A program made the position numbers and the translations under genes. A stretch of 64,000 nucleotides of DNA from a virus (lineage: Duplodnaviria > Caudoviricetes), in the IMG/VR virus record IMGVR_UViG_3300049988_000286, positions 256,001 to 320,000 of that record; one strand, 5' to 3'. Position 1 is the first letter of the stretch, and every line of letters begins with the position of its first letter. Shown piece after piece: positions 51,697 to 60,559 of the stretch. The notes under the pieces are model-generated. The model ran no database searches, was not told the origin of the DNA, and saw nothing but the letters and a program-made list of their open reading frames with translations.

Positions 51697-51986
51697 GGCT
51701 GACGGAGACCGGCCACGGGGGGCGGGTGGTATTTCATTTCCGGGAGGCAGATGTCGTAGATTGCGAAGACATCATCTCATGGTGCCAGCGCTCCTTGGAC
51801 GAAGAAGCACACTGGACAGTCTGGACGCCCATCGTGAAAGTATCGGGCCACCGATGGAGCCGCACTGGACAGCGGATGTTTGATCTTCTTAATGCCAGCG
51901 GTGATTTTCTCTTGTTTGTCCCCGGTGAGGAAGCCCCGCTAGTCAGGCTAGAGTGGGGCCATCTTGAGCGGATGGCTTTTCAATGA
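51693..51986 (+). CDS. Hypothetical small protein
   Basis: GTGA coupling; C-terminal FVPGEEAPLVRLEW. Confidence 0.5.
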   Translation: MRLTETGHGGRVVFHFREADVVDCEDIISWCQRSLDEEAHWTVWTPIVKVSGHRWSRTGQRMFDLLNASGDFLLFVPGEEAPLVRLEWGHLERMAFQ

Positions 51987-52596
51987 GGCGATCAATCTGC
52001 CTGTAGAGGGCAGGAAGGTCTGTGCTATTGTCGAGGACATGATCGGGCTCCTCCGCCATCCAGAGCCACTCGCTCTCATGGACGCGGAAGACGGTTCGCA
52101 TCCGCTCGGCCGCGATGGCGTCGCCGGATAGAGCGGAGACGGCGATCGGCTGCCATGCGGGATCGTCACCGCGACGGACGCGAAGAATGGTGCCACCGAG
52201 TTTGCGGGTCATCTTCAACTCGTTGGGGAAGCGCCCATCGGTGAGCACCACTGGCCCCTCTGCGTTGCTGAACTTGCGCTCGGTGTTGAGAATCCAGATA
52301 TCGTCGTGAAACCACTTGCGCATCACATCGGTGCCGAAGTTCGTCATCGCGAACCGTGGTGTAAAGTGCGGGATACCAAGGCGAGACGCCCACCAAGCAT
52401 CGACTTCCTCGCGCCAAAGTCGCGATTCAGGAGTACGCCCTTCCAGCATGGCACGATCCCAGTCGAATATTACAGCTAGACAATCCTTTAGACTGTCCGC
52501 GAACGAGAAGGTCCGGTAGCCGTAATGATCATGTAGGTATTGCCCAACGGTGTCTTTACCCGCACCCGCGAGGCCGCATAGTGTAATCAACTTCAT
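51943..52596 (-). CDS. Deoxynucleoside monophosphate kinase (T4 gp1-like)
   Basis: GLAGAGKDT, FADSLK, WDRAMLEG...SRLWRE, TPRFAM..FGTD, DGRFPNE. Confidence 0.85.
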   Translation of the reverse strand: MKLITLCGLAGAGKDTVGQYLHDHYGYRTFSFADSLKDCLAVIFDWDRAMLEGRTPESRLWREEVDAWWASRLGIPHFTPRFAMTNFGTDVMRKWFHDDIWILNTERKFSNAEGPVVLTDGRFPNELKMTRKLGGTILRVRRGDDPAWQPIAVSALSGDAIAAERMRTVFRVHESEWLWMAEEPDHVLDNSTDLPALYRQIDRLIEKPSAQDGPTLA

Positions 52597-52659
52597 TGCA
52601 TGACTTTACCGCGCCGGGTTTCCCGTTGACAATAAAACTCGATAGTGTAGACAAGGGTT

Positions 52660-53301
52660 ATGAGCACAACCACCCTCCTCTTCCGCTGGGGCGCACTACC
52701 CGAGCAGCGCTTCGCCTTCGAGAGTCTCGATGCCGCCCTCGACGCTTTGTGGGCGATGGCCAGTCTTGGCGGTGCAGCCGTCGATAGCAGCGATGGATGG
52801 CGCGAGGATCGGCGTCGCCGCCTCGAAGCCGGTGAAGTCATTCCGTTCAACGGCTTCACGGCAGAGATCGACACCGCTCTCGGAGTGACCGAAGAACAGG
52901 AAGCCGTCGATGGGCTGATCTGCTACCAGTTGGTGCGCAGCGATGTGCCCTCCTATGTCGTCGGTAAGGCGCTCGCTCAAGCCAACCACTGTGGCACCGC
53001 GATGGTTATCCGGGCACTCAAACGCGATGATCGCACCAACCTCGACCTCCTGCTCGAATGGGCGGAGGAGGCGGATGGTTTCGGAACCTGCATCACGCTG
53101 GAGGTCACGCTTCCGGTCGCGCGCCAGATCGTCTCGCTCGCCAACCTCTCGGGGCTCTACTCGGAGATGATCAACGATCCCACCTATCCGATTCGCGATG
53201 GGGACACGATCAAGACGCTACCGGTGGACACCTGCGCCTTCGTCTTCGGACGCCAATCGCGGGCGAAGGCTGTAGTGCGTGGCCTGAACCTCTTCCCATG
53301 A
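52660..53301 (+). CDS. Pth2-like peptidyl-tRNA hydrolase candidate with N-terminal extra domain
   Basis: VRSDVPSYVVGKALAQANHC (GK..AQ..H), W...GFGTCITL, DTCAFVFG; TTGACA 52626 promoter. Confidence 0.5.
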   Translation: MSTTTLLFRWGALPEQRFAFESLDAALDALWAMASLGGAAVDSSDGWREDRRRRLEAGEVIPFNGFTAEIDTALGVTEEQEAVDGLICYQLVRSDVPSYVVGKALAQANHCGTAMVIRALKRDDRTNLDLLLEWAEEADGFGTCITLEVTLPVARQIVSLANLSGLYSEMINDPTYPIRDGDTIKTLPVDTCAFVFGRQSRAKAVVRGLNLFP

Positions 53302-53696
53302 ACAGGGAAGACTTCGACCGACTACTGGAGTGCAAACCCTATGTTGCACCCTTCCACCTCGCGGTACCACTGTTCTCGTCCAATTACGACGACAGAACGC
53401 TGCTCTACGGCTACGATGTCGATCGGGCGACGTGGCACCTCTACGTCGAGGACGGCGAAGTCTTGCTTCATCGTTACCGGATGGAAGCGTCGATACTGCG
53501 GATCAATTTTCGCCACGCCGTGTTCCCCGAGGGTGAGATCGAGCGCCTCGTCGTTCCGAACAAACGCCTCTACCCCGAGCGGTGCGACTTCGAGTTCTGC
53601 CAATGGGCTCGACAGATGAAGCACTGGCATCTACCGTTCACCAAATGGGACGAGACCTTCGCCCATAATGGGTGCACTTACTTCGGGGAAACATGA
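53298..53696 (+). CDS. Hypothetical protein
   Basis: MNREDF... start overlapping the upstream gene's 3' end. Confidence 0.6.
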   Translation: MNREDFDRLLECKPYVAPFHLAVPLFSSNYDDRTLLYGYDVDRATWHLYVEDGEVLLHRYRMEASILRINFRHAVFPEGEIERLVVPNKRLYPERCDFEFCQWARQMKHWHLPFTKWDETFAHNGCTYFGET

Positions 53697-53953
53697 TGGT
53701 GGAACACTGGCAGACGCGCGATTATGGCGGCGCGGAGGGTAAGGCCGTGTCGTTGTCCAAGAAGGGACTGGGAGAGTTCTTCTTTCACCTCTTCTCCATG
53801 CAGGGACGGTTGGTGTCGAGTTTCTGCCTCAACGCAGCATACCACGGTTCTTACGTGCAACTCCTGATCGAGCTTCCCGAAGGCATGAAGGAGAAGTTCG
53901 AGCAGGAGAGTGGCTTCGCCCTTGAGAAACCGGCAAGGATTCAAGTAGCATGA
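53693..53953 (+). CDS. Hypothetical protein
   Basis: ATGA coupling. Confidence 0.6.
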   Translation: MMVEHWQTRDYGGAEGKAVSLSKKGLGEFFFHLFSMQGRLVSSFCLNAAYHGSYVQLLIELPEGMKEKFEQESGFALEKPARIQVA

Positions 53954-54162
53954 TGATGACCGGTAGCGAAATCCTCTCTGCTGTGCGAGCCGGGCAATAC
54001 CTCCTTGAGGAACCCGACCTCAATCAATTGGTGCAAATCTTTGAGGCGGCGCGCTCCGAGGCACAGCCGGGTGATGAATTCACCGCCGATCCCGCGAAGT
54101 GGCCGGTGGTTCGTGGGATCACGGCAGTCAGGGACGTGATGAAGGCAATTCGGGGCGACTAA
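53950..54162 (+). CDS. Hypothetical protein
   Basis: ATGA coupling. Confidence 0.6.
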   Translation: MMMTGSEILSAVRAGQYLLEEPDLNQLVQIFEAARSEAQPGDEFTADPAKWPVVRGITAVRDVMKAIRGD

Positions 54163-54195
54163 ATAGCTGATGCTATTTTATGTCGCGGAGAAGTC

Positions 54196-55803
54196 ATGCG
54201 CCTGAACGAATTCAAGATCACCCCCATGTCGTTCAAGGGCGTCCTCACAGGGCTGCAACAGCGCTTCGGCTTGAAGCGGGTTGGCGGCAATCAGCGCATC
54301 TACCGCGTCGGGGATGAACTCGGTGTTGTCTACCTTGTGCGCGGTGGGCCGAAGGCGGTGGGGTTCACGTGGCAGCACGGTGACGCGACCCTCCGCCGCG
54401 TCTATCTCTGGAACAACTTCAACGCCTCGCACTCGCCCGATCTGGTTGTCGATATCCCCCCTACGCTCGATCTGGAAAATGGTTTGCGCGAACTCGCCAC
54501 CTTCATCGATGGTCCTCGAACCGGCGTCTTCGAGGCCGCTGCTCCCATCACGACGATCGCAGCCTTGGTGGCACTCGTGAAGGCAGAGGGGCGCGATCCC
54601 AAGGCGATCAGCGCCGAGGAACTCAACCGCATCGTGGGTTCAACCGGCCATATTCTGTCCGCGCATCTGGCGGATCATCTCCCCGCCACCGGGACGATTG
54701 ATCTGACTGCCGAGGTGGAGCGTCCGATGGCGGTCACCATCATGGCGCGCGCTGCCAATGGGGTGATGTTCGAGGTTCCCGGTAGTGCCGAGATTGCGTC
54801 GCGGGTAGCCAAACAGATGGCTGCGGCGGCGGGCGGTTCCGGCGAAACTATGGAGCAGCAGTATGAGAAACTGCGCGCCAAGGTTCGCCTCGTCGCATCG
54901 GGCAAGTCCTCCTACATCAAATCACTTCTCATCACTGGCGCACCATCGGCGGGCAAGACCTACTCGGTCATGCAGGTTATCAAGGAGTTGGGCCTTCAGG
55001 AAGGGTCCGACTACATCGTGATCAAAGGCTCGATCACCGATGTGGCGTGTTACCAGACCCTCATCGAGCAGATCGATGGGCTGACGATCTTCGACGATTG
55101 CGACTCTGTTGTGAGCACAGTCAACGGCAAGAACATGATGAAGAACGCGCTCGACACCTACGCGATTCGTGACATCAATCGTCCGACCAATAACAGCATC
55201 AACACCAAGGTGATGCCCGAGGAAGAGCGCACGATCTTCGTTGACGCGATGTCGCGAGTGTTGCGCGGTGTTGCATCCGCTGATGATCTCCTCCACTTCG
55301 AACGCTTTGCGGTCAAGAAGAAGAAGGACGAGAAGGCTCCGAAGAAATCACCCTACATCAACGATGATGGCGATTTCTTCATTCCTGATCTTACGGGAGA
55401 GCTAGAGGTTCTCGACGACGATAATGCATCGTTACAAGATCGTATGCACGAGCTACAGCAGTACTTCAGCAAGCATCTTCCGAACAAAATTGATTACCGT
55501 GGACGAATCATCTTCATCTCCAATATGATGGAGTCGGATTGGGACTCCGCGATCTTGACCCGCGCCTTCCGCCAGAACATGAACTTTGCCGATGGTGAGA
55601 TGTTGGACTTCCTCGACAAGATCAAGGATACCATCGCGGCACCCGGTCTCTCGTCGAGCGACAAGGCAGAAGTGATGGCACACATCCGCACCATGTATGA
55701 GGCGGGTCAGCTTCACTCGCCGATCAACTTCCGCCTTGTTCAGCAGTGCTATGATCTTCGCCTGACCGGCGACGGATGGCAGCAGATGATGATCGGGCTT
55801 TGA
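54196..55803 (+). CDS. Late P-loop AAA-type ATPase with N-terminal extension
   Basis: Walker A GAPSAGKT, Walker B TIFDDCD, KNALDT, RGRIIFISN, AILTR; leader MRLNEF; TAAATA 54160-54165. Confidence 0.8.
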   Translation: MRLNEFKITPMSFKGVLTGLQQRFGLKRVGGNQRIYRVGDELGVVYLVRGGPKAVGFTWQHGDATLRRVYLWNNFNASHSPDLVVDIPPTLDLENGLRELATFIDGPRTGVFEAAAPITTIAALVALVKAEGRDPKAISAEELNRIVGSTGHILSAHLADHLPATGTIDLTAEVERPMAVTIMARAANGVMFEVPGSAEIASRVAKQMAAAAGGSGETMEQQYEKLRAKVRLVASGKSSYIKSLLITGAPSAGKTYSVMQVIKELGLQEGSDYIVIKGSITDVACYQTLIEQIDGLTIFDDCDSVVSTVNGKNMMKNALDTYAIRDINRPTNNSINTKVMPEEERTIFVDAMSRVLRGVASADDLLHFERFAVKKKKDEKAPKKSPYINDDGDFFIPDLTGELEVLDDDNASLQDRMHELQQYFSKHLPNKIDYRGRIIFISNMMESDWDSAILTRAFRQNMNFADGEMLDFLDKIKDTIAAPGLSSSDKAEVMAHIRTMYEAGQLHSPINFRLVQQCYDLRLTGDGWQQMMIGL

Positions 55804-55842
55804 TGCTTGCGCTGCGAGATACGGCATGGTATCTTCGCGGAA

Positions 55843-56346
55843 ATGAAAATATCAGTTGATACAGAAGCGAGCGGGCCTTGCCCCACTCTGGGTGATCTAA
55901 TCAGTTTCGGCGCGGTGGTGATCGAGCCGGGTTTGGAGCGGACCTTCCGCTCCCCCGACATGCGACCAACCTGCGACGCCTTTCAAGAAGGCGCGTATCG
56001 CTCGATCGGCCTGACCCGTGAAGAGCATCTCGCCTATACGGCTACTGTTGAGGATGGCTTTCGCCTCTTCGATGAATGGCTGTCGGGGCTGCGGGGCAAC
56101 CGTTACACGCTCGTGACCGACAATCCCGCTTTCGATTGGCAGTGGATTAACTGGGGGTTCCACACCTATCTGGGCCGCAACCCCTTTGGTCATAGTGCTC
56201 GTCGCATCGGAGACATGGCGGCTGGCTTGTCGGGGAAGGTCAACGACCATTCGAGTTGGAAGCGGCTTCGTCGCACACGCCACACGCATGATCCACTCGA
56301 TGATGCGAAGGGCAACGCAGAGGCGTTTCTCGCGCTGTGGAATTAA
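55843..56346 (+). CDS. DEDDh 3'-5' exonuclease
   Basis: VDTEASG, DNPAFDW, HTHDPLDDA. Confidence 0.85.
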   Translation: MKISVDTEASGPCPTLGDLISFGAVVIEPGLERTFRSPDMRPTCDAFQEGAYRSIGLTREEHLAYTATVEDGFRLFDEWLSGLRGNRYTLVTDNPAFDWQWINWGFHTYLGRNPFGHSARRIGDMAAGLSGKVNDHSSWKRLRRTRHTHDPLDDAKGNAEAFLALWN

Positions 56347-56681
56347 TCCCCCATAGCCGCGACCCCCATGACATCGCGCCGTGGCGCAGTCGTGATGAGA
56401 TCGACTTCTCCGAATCGATCCTCTGGTTCCCGAACAGCAGAACGCTGATCTGTGGTAGGAGGCGTGATGACCAGCGCGGCGACATCCCTGTTGCCGCCCC
56501 CTTTTTTGCTGTCATGCACGCCAGTCGCGTTTGGACGTGCTCTTCCACGCACTGGTTCGATGATATCTATAGCAGCAAGAACTGGCCTCGTGAGTTCCGG
56601 ATGCATAAAAATCGGCATGGACCAGTTGACCCAAATCCTTTCTTTCTCTCACATGCTCGGTTCCTCATCTCTGTGATGTGA
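56337..56681 (+). CDS. Hypothetical protein
   Basis: Overlaps the exonuclease stop; codon usage is more gene-like than the antisense ORF. Confidence 0.45.
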   Translation: MELIPHSRDPHDIAPWRSRDEIDFSESILWFPNSRTLICGRRRDDQRGDIPVAAPFFAVMHASRVWTCSSTHWFDDIYSSKNWPREFRMHKNRHGPVDPNPFFLSHARFLISVM

Positions 56682-56685
56682 ATGA

Positions 56686-57228
56686 TCACGCTTTCAACAT
56701 CTTGTTAGGTCTTGCCACGATGTTCCCATTGCCGTCTGCAACGCTGGTAAGGAACACGTCACCCATTACGGTAATTTCGTGTTCGTGAGGGTGAGAGAAA
56801 TGCTGCTGGAACGTTGTGGGCCAGTGAATCACGGTTGGTCGAACCTGTGCGGTGAGAAGTAGCCTTGTTTCTAATGCGGCTTCGCTGTGATACTCGCAAC
56901 TAGCACTACTACGATCATAGCTCCAGTGAACACCCAATGGCCTATGATCAAGCACCCCTAACCAATCATGCACATCTGCGACCGAAATCTCTCGGAACAA
57001 AGTAATGGTGCCATCACGTATGATCGAGGTGAAGCGGGACACACAGAAATCGAAGTAAGCCTCCTCCGCATTGTCTTCATCAAAATCAGCCACTTCGTCG
57101 TAGATGCCATCATGATCAACATCAACACCGGGGTTTTGTAGAAAGTCGTCTTTGGCGTTAATCATTTCTTGCAAACTGCCGCTATTCATCCAGTCCACAG
57201 CTTCGAATAGGGCGATCCATTTGCGCAT
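56686..57228 (-). CDS. Late protein with R-S-E ADP-ribosyltransferase-like motifs; probable internal head protein
   Basis: TLFREI (R), GVHWS (S), HEHEITV (ExE); leader MRKWIALFEA; TAAATA (57238-57233) lies 4 nt before the ATG. Confidence 0.55.
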   Translation of the reverse strand: MRKWIALFEAVDWMNSGSLQEMINAKDDFLQNPGVDVDHDGIYDEVADFDEDNAEEAYFDFCVSRFTSIIRDGTITLFREISVADVHDWLGVLDHRPLGVHWSYDRSSASCEYHSEAALETRLLLTAQVRPTVIHWPTTFQQHFSHPHEHEITVMGDVFLTSVADGNGNIVARPNKMLKA

Positions 57229-57283
57229 TGGATATTTATCGTGAATATTGCGAGGCCGGGAGCAGCCCCTCTACGCTGCTCCA

Positions 57284-57664
57284 ATGACTCGTATCAATGT
57301 TGTCCCCGCAGAAGAATTGTCACAGCTTCACTTGATTGCAGAATACCGCGAGCTTCCTCGCATCTTCAACCTAGTGCGTGCCGCTGTTGCGAGGGGTGAG
57401 CGTCCCGATGATCGCCGCAATCCCGTGCTCTATTGTCTTGGGAGCGGTCACTGCCGGTTCTTCTATCCCCGTTTGGGATGGCTGCGAGAACGCCAGCGCG
57501 CTCTCGTCGCGGAGATGTTGGCGCGCGGTTACCAACCCAACTTCACCGACATCGAAGGGCTCACTGCCGGTATCCCGGATGAGTGGTGTCAGGATTGGCA
57601 ACCCGACGACCTCGCGCTAGCGCTCAACCGGGGCCGGATCGAGGAACGCACCCCTAAACAATAA
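57284..57664 (+). CDS. denV: Pyrimidine dimer DNA glycosylase (T4 endonuclease V)
   Basis: MTRINVVP.EEL...HLIAEYRELPRIF...LGSGHCRFFY.RL.WL.ER...L..EM..RGY. Confidence 0.92.
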   Translation: MTRINVVPAEELSQLHLIAEYRELPRIFNLVRAAVARGERPDDRRNPVLYCLGSGHCRFFYPRLGWLRERQRALVAEMLARGYQPNFTDIEGLTAGIPDEWCQDWQPDDLALALNRGRIEERTPKQ

Positions 57665-57702
57665 TCTTGCCCTGCCCCGAACTTTGGGGTAAATAAACGA
57701 TC

Positions 57703-58275
57703 ATGGCTGACGTTCTATGCCTCAATGCCGACATGGCACCCATCAACCTATTGAAACTTTCTGTCATGGATTGGCAGGAAGCCATCAAGGCTGTCTTTCT
57801 CGATACCGTCACCGTCGTGGAGGAATATCCGGACTGGCAGGTTCACTCGCCTAGCGTCACGATGAACGTCCCCTCGGTCATCATGGCCAAGCGCCACGTG
57901 CATTTCACGCGCCTCGTTTCCTTCTCGGAGGACAATGTGAAGCTGCGTGACCGCTACACCTGCCAATATTGTCACCGCGTGTTCCCGGCCTCGAAGCTGA
58001 CGATGGACCATGTGCTGCCTCGCAAGCATGGTGGCCGGACTGCGTGGGACAACATCGCATCCGCGTGCGGGCCGTGTAACTTCCGCAAGGGACACAATCG
58101 CAAGATCGTGCCCCGGCTGTTGCCGCGTCGTCCCAGCTATTGGGAAATGGTGTCGATCGTCAAAGAGTATCCGCTCACCATTCCGTGTGAGACTTGGGTC
58201 GAATATTTGAACTGGCCCGAGGACAAGTTGTTCGTTGGTGGTCAAAAGATATTGCGGACCAGTCTAGCTGCTTGA
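57703..58275 (+). CDS. HNH endonuclease (McrA-like)
   Basis: VLCLNAD...WQEAI...PSVI...LRDRYTCQYC...TMDHVLPR..GG...WDNIASACGPCNFRKG; TAAATA 57690-57695. Confidence 0.9.
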   Translation: MADVLCLNADMAPINLLKLSVMDWQEAIKAVFLDTVTVVEEYPDWQVHSPSVTMNVPSVIMAKRHVHFTRLVSFSEDNVKLRDRYTCQYCHRVFPASKLTMDHVLPRKHGGRTAWDNIASACGPCNFRKGHNRKIVPRLLPRRPSYWEMVSIVKEYPLTIPCETWVEYLNWPEDKLFVGGQKILRTSLAA

Positions 58276-58278
58276 TAT

Positions 58279-58315
58279 TATCTCCTGATAGAGCCAACAA
58301 CCCTATCAGGAGATA
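58279..58315. repeat. 13-bp perfect inverted repeat
   Basis: TATCTCCTGATAG (58279-58291) / CTATCAGGAGATA (58303-58315). Confidence 0.75.
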
Positions 58316-58364
58316 AATGACTACTTGGCCATTACCTTCTGATCACAACCAGAAGGTCTAATAC

Positions 58365-58979
58365 ATGCAGATCACCAAGCATATCGGTATCGAGCCCTCG
58401 ACGAACTCGCGTATCGCCCTCATCATCCCGGTGCTGGAAGGCACTGACCATTGCCTGATCGTTTATGTCGATCGGCTTCCGCGTGACCTCAAGGACGGCT
58501 TTGATCACGTCCTCAACTCATCGGAGGGTCAGGCCGCGCAGAAGCTCGCCGATGTCCTCTCGCGCCGCCTCTACAGCGACACGAAGTCCGACTACCTCGC
58601 CACGCTCCATAACTACAAATTCCTCGTCAAGGCTCCGATTGATTCGATCGAGATGACGCCGATGCCTTCAATCAAGCTACCGCTGCGCACCGTGCTCGTC
58701 GAGAGCGGGCTGATCCCGCGCCCGATCGCAGAGGCGGTGGACAAGTTCAACCCGCACCTCCACAACTCGACCGCAGCCACCCATGGCGAGACGCTCGGTA
58801 CTGCTCGTAACATGCTGATCGAGGCCAAGATGCTCGAAGACGCTGCACGGACGAAGCGCGACGAAGCCTATCGTCTCGCGCCGTCGCTGCGCCCGGAGGA
58901 GCCCACCACGGCCCCGCAGATCATCGCCGACGAGGCAAATGCCGATAAGGCAAGTGCCGATCAGGCCGCAACGGGTTGA
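58365..58979 (+). CDS. Hypothetical protein
   Basis: 204 aa with strong codon bias. Confidence 0.75.
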   Translation: MQITKHIGIEPSTNSRIALIIPVLEGTDHCLIVYVDRLPRDLKDGFDHVLNSSEGQAAQKLADVLSRRLYSDTKSDYLATLHNYKFLVKAPIDSIEMTPMPSIKLPLRTVLVESGLIPRPIAEAVDKFNPHLHNSTAATHGETLGTARNMLIEAKMLEDAARTKRDEAYRLAPSLRPEEPTTAPQIIADEANADKASADQAATG

Positions 58980-59233
58980 TGCAACCCGTTGACCTGATCC
59001 TTGCGGAGCGCGAACGGCAGTTCAACCTGCCGGGGACGGAGCACGATGCGAGAAAGTCACCCAATGACTGGATCACCACCATCGTGTCCATCCTCGGTGA
59101 AGGGGTTGAGCGCAGCGGTATCCCTCCGACGAAGCAGGACTTCGAACGATCCATCACGAAAGCAGCAGCGGTATGCCTTGCAGCACTTGAGCATACCGCG
59201 CTGATGAGTGAGCAGAAGAAACTAACCCTCTAG
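58976..59233 (+). CDS. MazG-like all-alpha small protein
   Basis: ILAERERQ...EHD...DW..I...LGE...KAAAVCLAALE. Confidence 0.5.
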   Translation: MMQPVDLILAERERQFNLPGTEHDARKSPNDWITTIVSILGEGVERSGIPPTKQDFERSITKAAAVCLAALEHTALMSEQKKLTL

Positions 59234-59237
59234 GGGT

Positions 59238-59271
59238 GATGGGGTGTGCTTCGGTGCTCCCCATCTTTTTT
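59238..59271 (+). terminator. Intrinsic terminator
   Basis: GATGGGG...GC-TTCG-GT...CCCCATC-TTTTTT. Confidence 0.75.
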
Positions 59272-59294
59272 ATCATATGCGTAATAGAAACATC

Positions 59295-59570
59295 ATGCAG
59301 ACGATCGACATGTTCCGTGATTTGATTCAAGAACTCGATGCCACGGAGATACCGGTGAAGTATATCGCGGCTGCGTGTCACACCGACGAAGACGGGAACG
59401 AGAATGTGGTCACTGGCGACGACCTCGACAACCTCATGGATAGGAGCCATCCCTATGAACGAGTCATGGATGTTCAACTCCTCCTCGATCTCCGGGTAAT
59501 CGCCATCGATGTCGGACTAGAAGTCAGAGAACTATTCGATCGAGTTTTGGACCGGTTGGCTGTGGAGTAA
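59295..59570 (+). CDS. Acidic hypothetical protein
   Basis: MQTIDMF... Confidence 0.6.
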   Translation: MQTIDMFRDLIQELDATEIPVKYIAAACHTDEDGNENVVTGDDLDNLMDRSHPYERVMDVQLLLDLRVIAIDVGLEVRELFDRVLDRLAVE

Positions 59571-59608
59571 TATTGCCCGCTAGGGTGTCACTCCTGTACC
59601 ATCACGAA

Positions 59609-60559
59609 ATGAATAACGAAACCACTTATCTCGATCTTCTTCGAGATGTTCTTGACAATGGATTGGATCGCCCGGATCGAACCGGCACTGGTGTTCGCGG
59701 CGTGTTCGGCCGTCAGGCGCGATACGATCTCTCCACCTTCCCGCTCCTCACCACGAAGAAACTCGATCTACGCTCCATTGCAAGCGAGTTGCTGTGGTTC
59801 ATCGAAGGATCGGGCGATGAGCGTCGCTTGGCAGAAATCCGCTATGGGCGGGATCGTAGTGAACTCGCGGACAAGCGGACGATCTGGACCGACAATGCCC
59901 AAGCCCCCTACTGGCGCGACAAGGCCCGGTTCGAAGGCGATCTCGGTCAAGTCTATGGCGTGCAGTGGCGCAACTGGGAGACGCACACGCGCTACGAGTC
60001 CAGTGATGAACTCTCCCGTCTCCTTGATGCCGGATCGGGAAATTTCCTGCCCGATCCGATGGGGACAGGCGGTGTGGCGTTCCGCAAGACCGACCAGATC
60101 AAAGACCTGATCGATGGTCTGCGTCGCGATCCCTTTGGTCGTCGCCACATCCTCACCGCATGGAACCCCGGCAAGCTGTCCGAGATGGCGCTACCGCCCT
60201 GCCATGTCATGTCACAGTTCTATGTCGGTCAGGGGAAGCTGTCCTGTATGCTGACGCAGCGCAGTAATGATTTATTTTTGGGGACGCCCTTCAACGTCAG
60301 CAGTTATGCCCTATTCACTCATATGATCGCACAGGTGGTGGGTCTCAAAGCCGGTGAACTCATCCATTCGATGGGTGACGCACATATCTACAGTGATCAT
60401 ATCCCGGCCGTCGAAGAACAGCTTGCTCGCACGCCTCGATCTGCACCCTTCCTCTACGTCGATCCGGGCGTGAAGGAGATCGATCAATTCAATATGGATA
60501 GCTTCGAGATCATGGGTTATGACCCACATCCCGCTATTAGAGCAAAGATGGCCGTATGA
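59609..60559 (+). CDS. thyA: Thymidylate synthase
   Basis: DRTGTG, FPLLTTKK, ELLWFI, LGQVYGVQWR, MALPPCH, QRSNDLFLGTPFN, GDAHIY; start revised to ATG 59609. Confidence 0.97.
   Translation: MNNETTYLDLLRDVLDNGLDRPDRTGTGVRGVFGRQARYDLSTFPLLTTKKLDLRSIASELLWFIEGSGDERRLAEIRYGRDRSELADKRTIWTDNAQAPYWRDKARFEGDLGQVYGVQWRNWETHTRYESSDELSRLLDAGSGNFLPDPMGTGGVAFRKTDQIKDLIDGLRRDPFGRRHILTAWNPGKLSEMALPPCHVMSQFYVGQGKLSCMLTQRSNDLFLGTPFNVSSYALFTHMIAQVVGLKAGELIHSMGDAHIYSDHIPAVEEQLARTPRSAPFLYVDPGVKEIDQFNMDSFEIMGYDPHPAIRAKMAV

Noticed and set aside
57703-58315. HNH gene as a mobile element with terminal repeats
   Set aside because: The 13-bp inverted repeat lies on one side only, there is no target-site duplication, and the gene has a normal late promoter.
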